From: Klebsormidium nitens
Taxonomy: Eukaryota; Plantae; Klebsormidiophyceae
Reading direction: 5' to 3'
Assembly (NCBI GenBank): GCA_000708835.1
Contig: DF237403.1
Span: forward strand, 11,771-75,770
Length of the DNA stretch: 64,000 nt
In this document: positions 62,936 through 64,000 of the stretch, piece after piece
Numbering within the stretch: position 1 is the first letter of the stretch
How the letters are laid out: every line of letters begins with the position of its first letter
Position numbers and translations under genes: made by a program
The notes under the pieces: generated by a model
The model's input: only the letters and a program-made list of their open reading frames with translations
What the model was told of the DNA's origin: nothing
The model's database searches: none

Positions 62936-64000
62936 ACTTTTCAATCGTGTACAATAGCTGGTCCTTCAAGAAAACAAGCGTGTAGCTTAAGTTTTGATAA
63001 AAGCGAGAAACACAACTATACACAGTTTATTGCATTCCCGTCATTTTCTTACCAGGATTGTGCAAGATGGTCTCTTTTCGTTACGCCGTAGCCAGTGCGG
63101 CCATAGGCTTCTCTTGGCATACAATTGTTTGAGTTTGAAGGTGTCTGCTTATGACAAGAACAACTACCTACCAGCTATTTCCACACACCGTACCGACGCT
63201 ACAACTCCAGATGTATGCAGACCACTCAATAAAACGCTTAGGCTTCTTCAGAGGGCTTCAAAACATCTGATCAACAAGTGCTTGTCACCGACTCTAGGTT
63301 GTAAGGCCCTGGATGTTGGTAGCAACGGACAGTGGGGTAGGAAGCATCTGGTAGGCGTTGAAGGATGATGGCTCGTGCGTCATCTTGATGGCAGTCTAGG
63401 TTGGAATGCAAGGCGCCGGGCCGTTAAAAGATGCCACCCGATGAAGATCTTAACCATATCGAAGATAGCATGAATGCGGCTAAGCTCGCAACATTGGTGG
63501 AGTGACCCTTGTGTTGGTACCATTTGCTTGCGGATTGCATGTTGCTTGTGGTTACTCGTGCATTCTGTTTGCTCTTGTACCCACCGTCAGATTGTAAGAG
63601 CACATGCGTACATCCGTACGTTCAGAGCATAGGAAAGTCTACCGTAGTGAGCATCAAAATTGGCCGGAAAGCCGTTTGATTGTATAGAGAACTGTATTGA
63701 AAAGCAGGTTGACTGATCTCATGGGCCGACAGCTACATCGGTTGGATGTGAATGTCACTAATCGACGGCTCGGATTTACATGGTGCCTGCAAAGGGTGTT
63801 GGAATCGAAGCCGTCGATTTTCGCCTTCTGGCAGCATCTTACGGACATCAATCTGCGAGTGCTTTCCATAGGAATGGGAAGTTTTTGAAGTTCGATGATT
63901 GTCGGAAACTCATCACCGTCAGAAGGAAGGTGATTTGCGCGGGTTGACGGCACAGATCTGCTGCCCCGTCACCGCCAATCTCGGGTGGCGGCATAGGGGC

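Noticed and set aside
63654-63953. 99-aa - strand ORF, possibly the last exon of a downstream convergent gene
   Set aside because: No recognisable motif and the rest would lie outside the window, so it cannot be supported.
63963-64000. GC-rich hairpin at the window end
   Set aside because: Truncated by the window boundary, so there is no context to call a terminator or element end.

Overview
Intron-rich eukaryotic nuclear DNA from a green-lineage organism. The gene set (ALDH21, ABCI12/EcfT, cblD, many plastid-type presequences) and GC-rich central exons suggest a streptophyte alga such as Klebsormidium; this species assignment is inference. By following GT/GC-AG junctions and reading frame by hand I reconstructed 12 spliced protein-coding genes: arylamine N-acetyltransferase (+, 5' end outside the window), CLPTM1 (-), a membrane-anchored LEA-like/LysM protein (+), an alpha/beta hydrolase (-), an LptB-type ABC ATPase with a presequence (+), MMADHC/cblD (-), DAD1/OST2 (+), EcfT/ABCI12 (+), a universal stress protein (-), a Ppx/GppA phosphatase (+), a SET-domain protein (-) and ALDH21 (+). 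Most entries in the supplied ORF track are exon fragments or antisense shadows. The main unexplained structure is about 19 exon-boundary 'echo' arrays in 7 of the 12 genes: tandem, decaying copies of splice site plus exon edge, with up to six intact extra acceptors at one site. The most interesting proteins are a cyanobacterial-style LptB with a putative organellar presequence, the LysM protein and a catalytically intact NAT. Genes alternate strand almost perfectly, and most convergent spacers are CATG-rich and carry hairpins. I saw no rRNA, tRNA, CRISPR array or intact transposon ORF.
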